A stretch of 63,723 bases of DNA, filler included, from Octopus bimaculoides (taxonomy: Eukaryota), in NCBI RefSeq assembly GCF_001194135.2. It is 6 parts of 6 records of this genome, joined end to end, with 100 filler letters (N's around TTAATTAATTAA, not from the genome) between each part and the next. Parts side by side here need not be neighbours in the genome. Positions count along the whole stretch, not along the records: positions 38,893 to 53,690 come from NC_068983.1; 5 more parts are not named here. One strand, 5' to 3'. Shown piece after piece: positions 38,984 to 53,425 of this stretch. Under the pieces are notes generated by a model, which did no database searches, was not told where the DNA came from, and worked only from the letters and a program-made list of their open reading frames with translations. Both the position numbers and the translations under genes were made by a program. Numbering within the stretch: position 1 is the first letter of the stretch; each line of letters begins with the position of its first letter.

Positions 38984-41590
38984 ATAAATAGATATATATA
39001 TATCCTTGCAAAGGCCACTATACCTATACATGCAGGTATGGATGTCATGTTTATACGATTTCATGTATACATGTTAGGATGGGCTGATATGTCAGTACAG
39101 CATTGAACAGCGAAGCTTTTCAAATGAAATCTCATGCAACAATCTTGAGTTACTACGTACATACATTACATTGTTGTACCGAGTATCGAGAAACATTGAT
39201 ATTTCCGTCAGGAAAATGTCACGGAAGGTGCTATTGTAGGAAGAATGAAGCTCAGATAGAAAATATTAAGACATACGCGAAATTGGTTTTATTTATTATG
39301 ATATCAGTGTGCTAAAGTAATATACCTTCTTTGGTTAATATTGTAATATGGTGATATATATATTTTGTTATTCATATAATTAACATTTTACTAAAATATT
39401 CCATCTACCTTAATTTGAGTGTGAGATCAACTAAATAATATATGCAGGAGTGCTTGCGCCAGAGTGTGTACGTGTGCGTTTATGTGTGTGGGAAGTTGCA
39501 TGTGCACATGTGAGTGCGTGGTGTACGTGTGTGTGTGTGTGTGTATGTGTGTGTGTGTGTACGTGTGTGTGTGTGTGTGCGTGCAGATGCGTGTGTTTGT
39601 GTTTTCATTGCTGTTTCGGATGTCTGAGTCCGTATGTGCTTGCGTACATATATAATACACACACATGCACACATATGTGCATGAGTATATATACTCATAT
39701 ATACATTTCTTCTATGCAAGTGTGTGTGTGTTGTATGTGCGTAGTAGTACATGTATGCATGTGGTTTTCCCTATTTGTTTAGTGTTTAAACCATCCTGCA
39801 CTGGTTACACGAAAGCGCATTTTAATTGAAGTTTGCTATGGCAAAGTATGATTCCTCTTGGGTCGTCAAACAGTATTGCTATTGGTTGGACGACTAATGA
39901 GTGTTTATAAGTGTGCAAAGTTTAATAGAAAACCGAAAATGCTAATATATATTGAAAAACCTGGGGGAATTCTTAATGGGCCAACTTGAAATGTCATTAT
40001 CTGCGGATGCAATATGATGGATGAACGATTGAAGTCCGCCGACTTTATCTATATTATAGTATATGCTTAGCTAAAAGTTTTCTTGTTTCGAAGAACAGGT
40101 TTTCTAATGAAAATCGACGTAGTTATAATCATGTTGATGTCTCTTAGGAGTGAAAGTATCCGTTCCGTCTTAAATATTACTTAAAAACAATGAGAATTGG
40201 AAAACGAAAATTAGTTTTATGGAAATCTTTAAGTAAATACTAATGTTATTTCGGATATGTTGTATTTAATTATTAACAATATTCATGTTTGTTTAATTCA
40301 AATGTAAATTTGTGAAGTAAAAGAAATCAATTCATCATTTTTACATTGAATAAAAATAAAATAGTCTGGCGTTTACATAAACAACATCAATTCACGCCTG
40401 TATCTACCTCCTGCGTTTGATTGTTCAGTTTTGTAATATTTCTTGATTTATGAATTTTGCTACTTAAAAACTAATACCATGTTGAAATCTTTCTATTCTT
40501 GGTATGAATTATTGAACAAGTGCTACGCTTTCGTCAGGTGAAAACTTCTACAAAATTTCATCTCATATTGAAAGCAATCTAACTTCACATTCGTATTCTA
40601 TGTCTATCTGCAAGTTATTGCATTTTGAAAGCCAGCGCCCTCTACAATGCATGAATGATTGTGTAAGTTCAAGTAAATTGTTCGTTTAGCTCCCTTCAAA
40701 TATAGGTTGATCAAATGTATCGAAAATTACTACCTCCGCGACTACACCTTTGTCTTCGACTACCTTAACCCATATATCATCCACCTTATATGAAGATAAG
40801 AATTACTTTCATCGACAATTTAGCCATCATTTAGTCATCATTTTTACTTATTTGGGCAAGTACGTAAGAGCAGCCTCGTTGAGCAAAAATACTATTTAAC
40901 TTCTTTGAAGAGGAACAAATTGAAATATATTTTGATTTCTATCCTTCAATATGATCGATAGGGTTTACAGTTTATAAAATTAATTTTTCGTTTGATCATT
41001 CGTAAGTGATTAAACATATTTTAATCAAGAGCAGAATGCCTCCTAAGCTCTTTGTTCAAAAACTTCATTATATAACTCAAATCGATATGTTATTGGGTTC
41101 CTAAGTGCAAAAACCAAAAATAGTGTTCTACTCTATTTATAATGACACGGCTCAGATTTCCAGAGAAAAGAAATCAATGAAATTCGCAAAACAGGATCGT
41201 CTATGTGGTTTCTCACATACACTGGTTGCATACAAGGAGACTTTCCTAGCGAAGTTTTTAATCGTGACGCTTCTACATTCATCACACACGTAGTTTTCAA
41301 GTATTTGATTTTTACATTTTAATAACATTTGCAACGTTTTATTTGTTTGTGTGCATGTATGTGTGTTTGTGTGTTTGAGCGTACGTGTCGTGTATGTGTA
41401 TCTTTGTGTGTGCTTGTGTGTATGTCTTTGTTGTTTGCGTGTTTATTTTGATATTGTATGAAGAAAGGATCGTGGCTTCTATAACAATTCTTACACAATA
41501 AAATTCAATTCACATATATAAAAGATCAATCATGTAACTCATATTTATATCGCGAGGAAATAATCACGGAAATCTGTTCATGTGCCCCAG

Positions 41591-41690
41591 AGCACACGCG
41601 TGTGAGTAGCACACATGCGTGAGTAGCACACGTGTGTGAGTGGTATGCATGTGTATGAGATGTATGCATATTTGTGAGCTGTATGCATGT
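41591..41690. repeat. 17-bp tandem repeat (3 clear units, then decaying)
   Basis: AGCACACGCGTGTGAGT / AGCACACATGCGTGAGT / AGCACACGTGTGTGAGT. Confidence 0.85.
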
Positions 41691-44600
41691 CAGGCATTAT
41701 GCTTGGTTATGTATGCACTTGTAATTTTCTGTTATCCAAACATGCCTGTATGGATATGAATGAACTTGGTGTTGCAGTTCTACCTCGCTTGGTTACATCT
41801 GAGACATGAAAACCTTCAATTATTCATATTTTACTTTCACTTTGTGCATATATAACTGGCTTGAGAGTATTTCTGAACTCTGTGCTATCAAATTAGATAG
41901 GAGTAATTGTAAATATAACATTTAATAAAAAACTTTTTTCGAAAATGTTCGCTAGTATAATTTCTCCTTGCACGTGATCTTTAAATACTCTTTGAAACTT
42001 TGTTTTCCTAACTTCTTGCAAATTCTTCATCTTTGCCGCATATACTTGCCTCCTACATAATACCTGATCATATCCACAATTTTCATCCAGTGCATAAATA
42101 AAATTTATTTATAACAATCAAGAATAATTACCTTTATCTTCGGAATGACACTGCTGCCTAAAATATATATTATATTAGTTATTCACTTGGTGCGTGAATT
42201 TAGTCAACATCCACGAAAGTTTGCACACCTTTTTAAATATATATATATATATATATATATTTGTAAATTGGTTCTCACCTAAACTCCAAAATACTTATCT
42301 TCAGTTTCTCTTCATTTCAACTTCATTCTGTAAACTTCTCCCTATGCAACGATAATTTCTATCGAGTATACAAAATTTTGGTGCGTATGTGAAGAAATAT
42401 TATGTATGCTAGTTACGTGTGTCAATACACGTTAATGTATACGACCATATTCTAATGAATTTGATTTCATCTTCTACTTACCGCTTCTCTTTCAATCTAT
42501 TATGACTTCCATTTAGGTCATTCACCTCGCTGCGTTGATGTTTGTGTCATATTAACTTAACATTCAGTTTCTCTTTATCTAACGCAAACAAATCTATTTT
42601 CATGTTTTCACACCAATTCTTTCCGTAATGTTTCTTTTCCTAACATCAAGGCTGTTTGCGAATTTTTATTCACCAGTGCTGGTCATATTTCAGGAATACA
42701 AAACGTATATTCAAGACAGTTCGAAACCTAGAAAAACATTTTTCAATATTGACAACAATTACGAAGTATGTAAATGCAGATTTGTGATGGCAAATTTCCA
42801 CGATGTTCAACAACACACGAAGATCCTTTTACAATGCTTTTACCATGGTTGACAAAAAATGACAAACATATGATCTCACAATTAAAATTAAAAGGGCGCA
42901 TTCAAAATATAAATTTTCATATATATTTAAAGGTTCAACAAAACATGTCTCACTTGGATTGCAATAAAGCACAGCGTGTGTATATCTACAGGGAAATTCT
43001 ACAAATACGAGGCATGTATGATATGAAGAACCTCAGAAATGTGTTGTTTATTAACATCATGATATGTAAACCTGATTACATTGAAAATAATGTAAGTTGC
43101 TCTATCTATTTGCATTTTATGTACTAAAGATACTTCTGTTTTACTTTTGTAGTTTAAATGATATTGAAAATCTATGCTTTCTAAGTTAGGATCCTTACAT
43201 GGGACTACACTTTATGAAGCCAAATCTATCTTTCGAAATGGTGACAATAACGTACCCGAAATGTGTGAATAGTTTTAAAATCAGTGCCCCCAATTTACTA
43301 GGAAACATTTTCCAAACACCAAGTAACCAAACTATGTCCACTATTGCTTTCAGTATACAAATGAAGGAAGTATGTGTACACACCCACGCACACACACACA
43401 CACACACACATACACACACACACACCGCAAACACCACACACACACACACACATACGCACACACACACACACATATACAAATATAGAAAGAATGAGGCGTA
43501 ATTATACATCGGTCAAATTTTAGAGGGATTCTATTGAAATAAGCACAGATATATGTTCGTGTACATTCATTCGCAGCCAATCAACTATCAACGCCACATT
43601 ATGTTTAAATAGGATTATGTTACAATAATACGAAGGCAATACTATCAGTAAGGAATAACATATTCAGATAATAATGTTTATATGATTGCTTGTCGTACTG
43701 CAGCAAATTAGCAGTAAAATCCCGTGGGAGTCAGCTCATAAACGTATGTAAAGTTAGGGCACATTTATTGTGGTTTTGTATTATAGTTTTACCATAAAAT
43801 TACAGGATTTCCATGTAATGCCTTCGACAAAAATGGCACTCAATTCTGCAAAATTCGAATACAAATTTACTGATGCCCATACAATTGACGATACATTTTC
43901 CTCAGAAATTTATTCGACATCTGTAAGACCAAGAGCTAAGGAAGACCAATGAATGATTTTTTCGTAGCATACATGCAATATACGGAACTTCCAAATATTC
44001 TGTCTCTGGCGTCATCCACACTCGACTCATAATCGAACTAAGATTTTAGTTTTCGCTACAGACAAATTCAACTCCAAATCTTGTTTCCTTATTTAACCAT
44101 TACATGGTATACCAGTAGAAAGTGACAGAAGAATGGTGTTTTAATAATTTTCGCTGCCGCCTAAATAGAACAATTTTTGTTTATATTATATATTCTATTT
44201 CAAATTGTCTTTTTACTCCTATGCATTTTAATACCTTTAGCCACTCTATTATTTGACTCCGCCTTTAGAAAAGGCCCGCTAGTTTCTTCATTTACAAAAG
44301 TCGATTATAAGTAAATACATCGGCATTGAATTCTGTTTAAATTCGTAGTATTATCTTATCTTAATTGCTTCATTTATATATATATATGTATATATATATG
44401 TATGTATATATATATATATATATATATTTANNNNNNNNNNNNNNNNNNNNNNNNNNNNNNNNNNNNNNNNNNNNNNNNNNNNNNNNNNNNNNNNNNNNNN
44501 NNNNNNNNNNNNNNNNNNNNNNNNNNNNNNNNNNNNNNNNNNNNNNNNNNNNNNNNNNNNNNNNNNNNNNNNNNNNNNNNNNNNNNNNNNNNNNNNNNNN

Positions 44601-46584
44601 NNTATATATATATATAGTTCTTATTCTCTATCCATTACATCTATTATTCACGTCTTTCACCTGTCATCAACGTTATTTATGACTTCTCATCTTCCATCAA
44701 GTCTATATCACTAACTGATCCCAATGTATGAATGTTATGTAAAGTGTAATGTGCACATCAGGGGACATTACAATAGTCATTTAGAGAACACCAACCGTCT
44801 TTGAATTAATTTGACCCAAAAGTAGAAGACTTGGCTACAAATTTCAACAAAATATGGGAGGGTGCAATCATTAGAGCATCGGATTAAAAGCCTGGCGTAT
44901 TTCAGTCTGCTCCCTGCGTTCTATGTTCAAATCCTTTTAACCTCAAATTTACTTTCCGTACTCTTGATAAGTACCATTTCTGGCAGACGGATTTGGCAGT
45001 AAACTGTTAGACAGATGTGCAAGAGGCGATATGCCATCACTTGTGGCGCTTCACGTTCAGAGACAAACGTTTGTGACTATATTAGTACTAAGTTATATTG
45101 ACTTAAGTTGACGGTCTTTCGTGTTGGAGGGGTGGAATAGAGAAACTTAACTGCGTGTGTAACTGACTTTCTTCCTCAAAAATTCTTGTCCTTGCCTGCT
45201 GATATATGTTTAGAGAAATAACCTAAACTGGAGTGCGGAAGATATAATTATTTCATTAATGAATAATATATTCCGCAATATTTGCTCAAATACTGATGAA
45301 ATCATCAAATGGTTACGCATTTTCAACATAAATAAAATAAATACTGTAATTATAAAGATTAATATGGAACACCATTTTCTTTTCTGTTTTATTCAGATAA
45401 TTTCTTTCTCTCTCTTACCGTATTGACGCGTATACCATCAATGCTACGTTGTCAAAATGAGTTACTTCATCAACTTTTTCTCTCTGTAGCTGCATTGTTT
45501 ACAATATCATATATCATAACATAATCTTTAGAGTGATGGTAGGAACTGCAACATGCACGTCTAGCAATAGAAGAGTAACAAGATAACATCAATGGTTAAC
45601 TACACATACGCGATTCACATCACAGCACAAGTGCAAATATATTATTCTACAGCCGTGAATTTACGGCAGTGTATATTGATATTACGAAGGGTTCATTATG
45701 TACTTGGCGTACATAACAGCGATATCTTATTAAATTTCAGAAAAAGAAATCAAAAACAAAATAAATAAAAATTCACACTAAGCTCGTCCAGTCTATAACC
45801 AAATCACTAAACTTTTACTTTTGACTTGGTCTGGCAACTATTATTAATAATTTCAAGTATGCTTGGTAGAGAGAATCGTTGGAGCATCGGACAATATCAT
45901 TTGCTATAAGTTTTCCGGTGCTTAATGTTCTGAGTTTGCATCAAGCCTAAGTTAACTTTGCTTTCATCTCCTCAGTAATGATAAAATAAATTACGAGCGA
46001 AGAATTGGGGTCGTCGAACACCTTCCGAGATATTTAAGATTTCGTGTATATGATAGAGGCTATTATTACTCAATTCGAATTATCTAAGAAATCTTGGATT
46101 CAGTCAAGCAGTAAATGTATTCAGTAGATTTCCTCATGATCTGCATTATATCCAGTTGGAAAGACAATATTAAGTGATGACTGAAGTATTCTTCGGGTGA
46201 CAGCTTGATAGAAATGCACTTATAGCATATAGGTTTTCAAAAAACATTTACTGAAATGAAAACTTTTTTGTTTTAGGAAATCGTAAATTAAAGTATGGAC
46301 TAAAGCCTAGAGTTAGGTTTTCGAGATCTTTACCAGAAAAAAAAAAGAAAAAAGAAATCTATTTATTTTATGATTGAATGTCGGTAGTGTATTTTCCGTA
46401 ATGTCATTAGGCGTATTTTTGTGCCGATGAAAACAAGTTATATATCAACAATGAGTTCTCTAATACTTGTCTACTAATAGACGCTTGCAGACGTCACCGT
46501 AGAGAAAGCATTCCCTTCGATGGTCTCTTTATAGCCTGAAAACAAATCATGACCATGTCTAATCAAAATTTTCTTACACGTGGC

Positions 46585-46621
<37 letters not shown>

Positions 46622-47354
46622 AAACACACACACACACAAACAGAATCCCCCACACACATATAAACACACACGCATATACACATTCAAGCAGAAACACAAA
46701 TACACATTCAAACGAAATTAATATTAAGTTCGATGTGATATTAAACAATTCCATTCTTCACACAGTATATCTTCGAATTCGTATATTAGTATCCTTTTGA
46801 AACACTTATTTAAAATGTTTTCTCGTTTATGTTCTTTAACGTATCAATGAAGAGCGTTTAGTTTATCTAAAGTGCAATTTCAGTAGTATGTGTATCACTA
46901 TCGAAAGAATATTCTATTCTGCTCATGTTGCTAACCCTTAAATATACAACTAAAAATATTATGTATCCCAACATATTTGAAATGGATGGAGTATATTTCA
47001 TCTGGTAGTGAAATTACGATTTGACGTTCCACTCATGAATATTAGCTTGTTAGGAAAAAGAAGGAAAATAAATGTTTGCCCTATTTGTGATTCCTAACCT
47101 TTTTAATTACTTTTTGATTACGTTGTAATTTATCATCGCTATTTCTCGATTTTCATTTTGCTTTATAAAATTCGAATTTGCATGAATTCTGAAAGATAGA
47201 ATGAAGTTGGCGTATGATGTCTCACCACACTTTGCAATTTTATGCTTTAGTTTACTCCGACCAACGTGTTTATTCAAAGATTGGTCTACGTGTTCATCTG
47301 CGCCTTTCACGATTAGTATTCACTTGAATCCGTAGAGCAGGCGAAGATCATCTA

Positions 47355-49046
47355 TTTGAAACATCTTTCTATCCAATACATCTGTGACTTTAGCATCACA
47401 TCGTGGCCTGGATATGTATGATATCGTCTATGTGCTGGACTTCATTTATTTGACTGCATCGCTGTCACGATTTTTGAAGATGGTAAACAAACATCTTTAT
47501 TGGAAGCGCTTGAAGTTTGAAAGCTTGTGCCATTAGAAAACTCGCATATAGGTACATAAACGGCGTGCATAACCGGAACGGTTCACATAGATTTGTCCCT
47601 TTCCTGAGATGAGATGCAAAATTCTTCTGGACCAAATGCATAATTTCTCTTTGTCCATTATGAACATCCGTCTGTCATAGAAATCGTAGCATCTAATTTT
47701 ATGGTACACAACATGTACCTGAACTGATAGACTGGGTTTTGAGCACTCAATTTAGGATCGTCTTCAGTGAAACAAGTATATTTTCTGGTTTATGGAGTGG
47801 TAGAAAACTTATTTTGTCTTCTATCTCAGTAGCGAAAGCTTAACTTCGTAGAACATTGCAGCTTTCTGAGAAGTACATCGTTTTACGCTACTGGGCTGCA
47901 TCTCCGAGCAAAAAATATATATCGACGGCGGAAAATAAAAATCGGGATTTCTTACGTCAGTTTCTTTTTGAAGTAATATAATTCCCTCAGTTTCAACAAG
48001 TCGCATGCGTGCAGTTTCAGATTAGGAGTGATTTCGCTCGGATTTGACCAAACAAATTGAAGAAAGTTAGTACTAGTCAATCCATGATCTTCAACATACG
48101 CTTCACACTCAGCGTTGGAAGGGTCAGTAATTTCCAAAACCTCAGATACAAATTTTGTATTTTCCTTTACGTTTCTCAGAGCAAATTTATCACCAGTGCT
48201 CCTACTGATCCTGAAACACCATTATGTCCCTAAAGAATTCAAGTTAGCAACAATTTATGCAAGTCAATTTACATTACCGTCAATCACCTATAAAATGATA
48301 GATTTTTGTATGTAAGAAGTATCAATTCTTACCTTATACAGAACCTTCAAAGTATGCATATATTTCATATATGCAATGTTGTCATCTACATATATACATA
48401 TAATTGTTTCCTTCCTGGATGTCACAACATGTTAGGAGCATAGGTGTTCAGTAATTACAAAATTCACTTTGCTAAACGATCTAATGCAGTCACGTATGAA
48501 GCAGAATTTGCCTACTCTTATATTTGCAGTAGCAGCTTATAGCTTGTTGTCTATGTACTGTTTGGCTGATAGTAATAGTATTCGGATGCAGTCTATATCA
48601 AGTTTTTGTAGAGGCATTCGCGGAGAAACCTTTAATTCCTGGAATTCCAGTGACGTCTGATTTCAGCACCTGTTAATACTGGATATATCAATGGATAGTG
48701 ACACATTTTGCGGACAGAAGTCATTGGGTATAGTTTTAATTTACAGGTGGTGAGTTCGCTTGTAGGAATCTGCTAAAGATAACACGACATACTGATACTG
48801 GCCAAGTAGATTCACACCAACACATCTCATCTCATACTATAATTGATGATAAATTATTCTGAAGGTGAAAGCGTTGAATTATCTTGATGTCACAAGCGTG
48901 CATGTTCTATGATTATCGCGCTCAAAATATCGGTGAAATAAAAAACCTATATGACCCATTGCATTCAGTTGGCCTCTTGAAACTTTGGTTTCTAAAGCCG
49001 CTACCAAATAGTCTACTAATATGAATATGACCAGGTAATTCTTCAT
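47355..49046 (-). pseudogene. Possible decayed coding sequence of unknown identity
   Basis: Hand translation of one minus frame gives about 18 stops in ~565 codons, fewer than naively expected for ~65% AT; it includes the listed ORF 47952-48137. No family recognised. Confidence 0.3.
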
Positions 49047-51559
49047 TTACTTATCGATACGAAACACTTTCCGTTAAAGAAAAGTAATAACGTTTTCTAG
49101 GAGTATATTCATCATGATATTATTGTACTTTGGACGATATCAAAATCCCAGAACATGTTCGATTCACTTCTGAATGCGGGATGTTGGCTGTGAGATGGGA
49201 TTTACATCATGCTGGAAAACCTTTGCTAACACATTTTTTTTTGCGTGTGAAAACAGTGATACGGTACAATAACGTCCATAGATTCTGCATTTCTTGTTAA
49301 GTGGTTATAATAACGACATTGTACAAGCAAGATGATACTCTCTGGACATGACATAAATAAAGAATTAGAGAGAATAATTTCAAATTAGACGTATCAACTG
49401 GGAAAGCGTTCAGAAGAAAGAATTCCCGTCTGAATGCTTTTTTTTTGTAGTCATTCTCCTGATGTTGCAGCTAACATCTAACATTCTACCTACTATTTTG
49501 TGAGCCAAGGTTTTAAAAGTATTTTCAGTTGCATTGGTGTTATTCTTTATGAGTGTTTCAATTTTTTTCTATCTGAGAGTGTGCATCCTATTACTGTTGA
49601 TATTTTCCACTCTAAGTTTACGTACGTTTGTTTTTACGAACATCTGTCTATTATTTCTAAGTTCTCTCAGCTTTTCTTGCCAGGTTTTTTGAACTTGAAA
49701 CTCACTGCCTTATATTTGATATTCCTGTTTCAACGGATAGAAGACGATTTTGTTTTTATATTAGATGCAGAGCCTAGTTCAAGTGGTATAAGGATTTCCC
49801 GTTTCACATTGAATTTATTGCTGTCGTCAAAGCAATCTGCAAGCTGCTTTACGTTTACGGAACTAATGATTTTGCTCTACTAATGAATCTAGCGTTGTTA
49901 ATTCAAACTTAATCCTCAAAAGAACTTTTCACTTTCACTGCTTTTTTTTTTCGCTTTTCGGAATGTCTTTGATGGTATTTCGAACGTCTTCAAAAAACTT
50001 TCATAAACAAATTTAATATTTTGATTTTCTGTTGTGTTGGATTGCTAAATGGATCGGTTTTAGTCGACGCGTGAGGATATTTATGATGAATCTACAGCTC
50101 ATGATTTTCCATGTTTACATTCATTACATACTCCTGAGGATGATCGGCGGCTATGACCCATTGAATAGCTTCGAAAAGAATTGGTGGAAATGGAGGTTGT
50201 ATCTTCACACCAGTACGCTTGAAAAGGTTAAGTTTTAATCCGAGTGTTGGATTTCATCTACAGCTCGAGAATAGTGCTTAGAAAAAATATGCAGTCACAG
50301 ATATACCAAAGCATTAAGCCTGAGCGAAACGGTTTAATGCTGAGATGAAGGGTCGGTTATATGCATGCTTCATGCTTTGCATTTAGTTGGAAAATATGTT
50401 GTGCATTCATCATGAAATTTGCAATTCCTTTTGTCAAATCATGTATTCCCATAGTTGATTCTGTTTATCTATTTTGACATAAATTCCCCCAAGGAGAACG
50501 AGAGAATTTTTTGTAAATCTGAAAGTGTGTGGTTCTATGTAGTGTAATTTGGCCTATACCCTCTCACCAAGGTCATGGTAAGGCCCATACGATTTGATAC
50601 ATTCAATAAAAGTATCCCCTTAGTATGACACCCAGTAAGCTACGGCCCCCTAATTGATGTTTTTTTGGTCTGTGCTGATAGGTCCTGACTGGTTTTGCTC
50701 TCAGTGTACAAAATGCTCAAAACAATTATGTAAATTGTAGCTTTTATTCATCAAAGTCTTTTTCAGTAAAGGTGGATATATGTAATCCTCAGTGTGTCTA
50801 TTCAGAGAACCGTGTAGGAAGGCATTCTTTAGTAATCATGGATCAGGGAAAAAGGCGCCTTATCTATATGAGTGTCGTCAATATACATATCCAGGATTTA
50901 AAGTCTAGTCTTGGCAATGTTTTGCAATATTTCTATTCTTTTTCATGGGCATGGTTAATGGGCATCTCAAATGTCAACATCGCTTCCCACTCACATTTTA
51001 TCCCTGAACTCTCCGCTGCGTATATGATACATGAAATGTAAGATAAAGTGATAACTTGCAACTCACTCTGACTTGAATAGATATTTATTAGGTGGTCCAA
51101 ATAGCAGATATTCCTGTCCAACTCAATGGTCACTGAGAAATGTTAGGAACGCCTCTGCCATCTGGCGTTTGAACAACATGCTAATTTTGAAAAAAACAAT
51201 GTAAAATATTATAAAAGTAATTTCTTCGGTGTTTCCACAGCTAATATTAAATAAGACAATGAAAAGTTTTTATCAGTGAAGTGGAACTGGAGATTATTTT
51301 TAGCATGATGAAAAGTTTGCGTGTATTAAGGAGGGGCCACATACTAAACCTCTAATAATTTGCACTTTCGAATAAATTTCTTTCAAAATTAAATATCACC
51401 AACTACCAGACATAAGTTAAGCGTAAAAGAGTCTTAATTTTCGTGATTAGAAAACACGGTGCTTTACTCAGATTTATAGAACACACAAAAAAATTTAACG
51501 TTGAGGTAGGTGTGGATCAAGGTTAATATTCAATTAGCTGGCAGCAATATTAACATTAA

Positions 51560-51860
51560 GTTCTGAGTTCAAATTCTACTCAAGTCAACGTTGCTTCTGC
51601 AATCGTTTCACCGTCAATCAAATTAATACTACTTGAACTCTAGGGTTATTCCCACCTCCTCTAAAATCCACACCTTTCCGTATTATAGTTTAAGGTGCCG
51701 AGCTGGTAGCAACGTTAGCATTGAGTTCTGAGTTCAAATTACCCTCAAGTCAACGTTGCTTCTGCAATCGTTTCACCGTGAATCAAATCAATACTACTAG
51801 GGTTATTGTAATAAACTGGACCAAACACCTCTAAATTCCACACCTTTTTCTGTATTGTAG
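51560..51860 (+). repeat. Local tandem duplication of a diverged family A SINE fragment
   Basis: TTCTGAGTTCAAATT..CTCAAGTCAACGTTGCTTCTGCAATCGTTTCACCG..CCACACCTTT occurs at ~51561 and ~51727. Confidence 0.85.
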
Positions 51861-53159
51861 AAAGAAATGGATTATTTCAGGTGTCTCAAATTTCGATTTC
51901 AAAGGTCATAGGAATTGCTCCTTTTTGCAAATATTACATAAACAATTAACGGTTAGAAGCTTTTTATGTAAAAATATTCAAGCATCTTAAATAATATGTG
52001 ATACGTAAAATGAAATATAGATGGTGAATTTCTATATATGATTACTTCTAACAAAAATATCACAATTTGCCAACTACCTGGTTTGTCACCGTTGCTCTGT
52101 TTTTGTTTTCACTGATACAATTGTGGTAAATGCTTAATATCAAACGTTGCAGTAGAATTTTCAGTTCTGGTGTGAGATGTTAAACCAATGACATCTAAAA
52201 ACAAACTGAAAGTAACTACACTTGAAACATTTCAAAGAGAAGCTTGTAATGCAGCTGCGTTTGAAATATGTGACACTTAACATCGGAAGTCTTGGAGGTA
52301 AATGTTAAATATTGTTTGATTTATAAGCACACAATTTCACACAGACGTATAAAAATTCAAACACACGTGAACTCACACACGCGCATTGACACAAGCACAA
52401 ATGTATATATTCACACGTACACTCACAAACTCACACACACAGACACATTAATATTTGAATGCGTACATATAGAATACAAACTGATGTGTTATTGAGTCAA
52501 ATAAAGAAAACATTTCCAGATGTTGCATTGTATCTACAGAACAGGATTTTCATAACTTATGCAGGGAAAAGCTTTGTGTGCTATAGTATCTCTCAATTTA
52601 TGTATGTATGTATGCATGTATGTATGTATGTACGTATGTATGTATTTATGTATGTGTCTGTCTGTCATTCTGTCTGTCCGTCCATCTGTCTGTCTGTCTA
52701 TCTATCTATATGTGCATATACATACACACGCGCACACACACACGCATATATATATATATATATATATANNNNNNNNNNNNNNNNNNNNNNNNNNNNNNNN
52801 NNNNNNNNNNNNNNNNNNNNNNNNNNNNNNNNNNNNNNNNNNNNNNNNNNNNNNNNNNNNNNNNNNNNNNNNNNNNNNNNNNNNNNNNNNNNNNNNNNNN
52901 NNNNNNNNNNNNNNNNNNNNNNNNNNNNNNNNNNNNNNNNNNNNNNNNNNNNNNNNNNNNNNNNNNNNNNNNNNNNNNNNNNNNNNNNNNNNNNNNNNNN
53001 NNNNNNNNNNNNNNNNNNNNNNNNNNNNNNNNNNNNTATATATATATATATATATATATCGCCCACGTTTCCACGCATACATTCACGCACGCACGCACGC
53101 ACGCACCATTTACATATACAAAGACACATACATCAGTTTAGCATGTACACACAAGCTTA

Positions 53160-53425
53160 CGCAATACAGCTCAGCCGGATCACCGTTATCGCCTTAATTA
53201 AACTCAGCTTCTCTCATCTGGTGATTTCATCATGTTAAACCGTTAACACCTTCACGTTTTCTCTCTCCATTTTTTTCGTTATCCCTCCATTTTCTCATCT
53301 CCTCCCCTTCTGCCAAAGTGTCTACACTCGGGACATCAAAGACTTACCCATTCTTTCCGAGAGTCAAATTAATACAACTAGTTGATGTTAACTCACCTGT
53401 GTTTGTCTTTTGTTTTCTGTAAATT
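53160..53425 (+). mobile_element. Degraded Penelope-like terminus ending at (TA)n
   Basis: CT-rich tract, hammerhead relic at 53308-53342, and a T-rich tail into (TA)n; a similar tail at 62294-62400. Confidence 0.45.

Noticed and set aside
48288-48332. 45-nt GT-AG mini-intron on minus, and a YVDD RT-like word at ~48385
   Set aside because: The segment is in frame either way, the intron would be atypically short, and no other RT motifs flank YVDD.
48050-48500. TIR-, cadherin- or FN3-like resemblance in the decayed frame
   Set aside because: Only short, mutually incompatible motif similarities; spacing does not fit any one domain.
49500-49883. 127-aa hydrophobic plus-strand ORF
   Set aside because: Starts at TTG, its F/L/I/S richness mirrors the T-rich strand, and there are no motif or splice signals.
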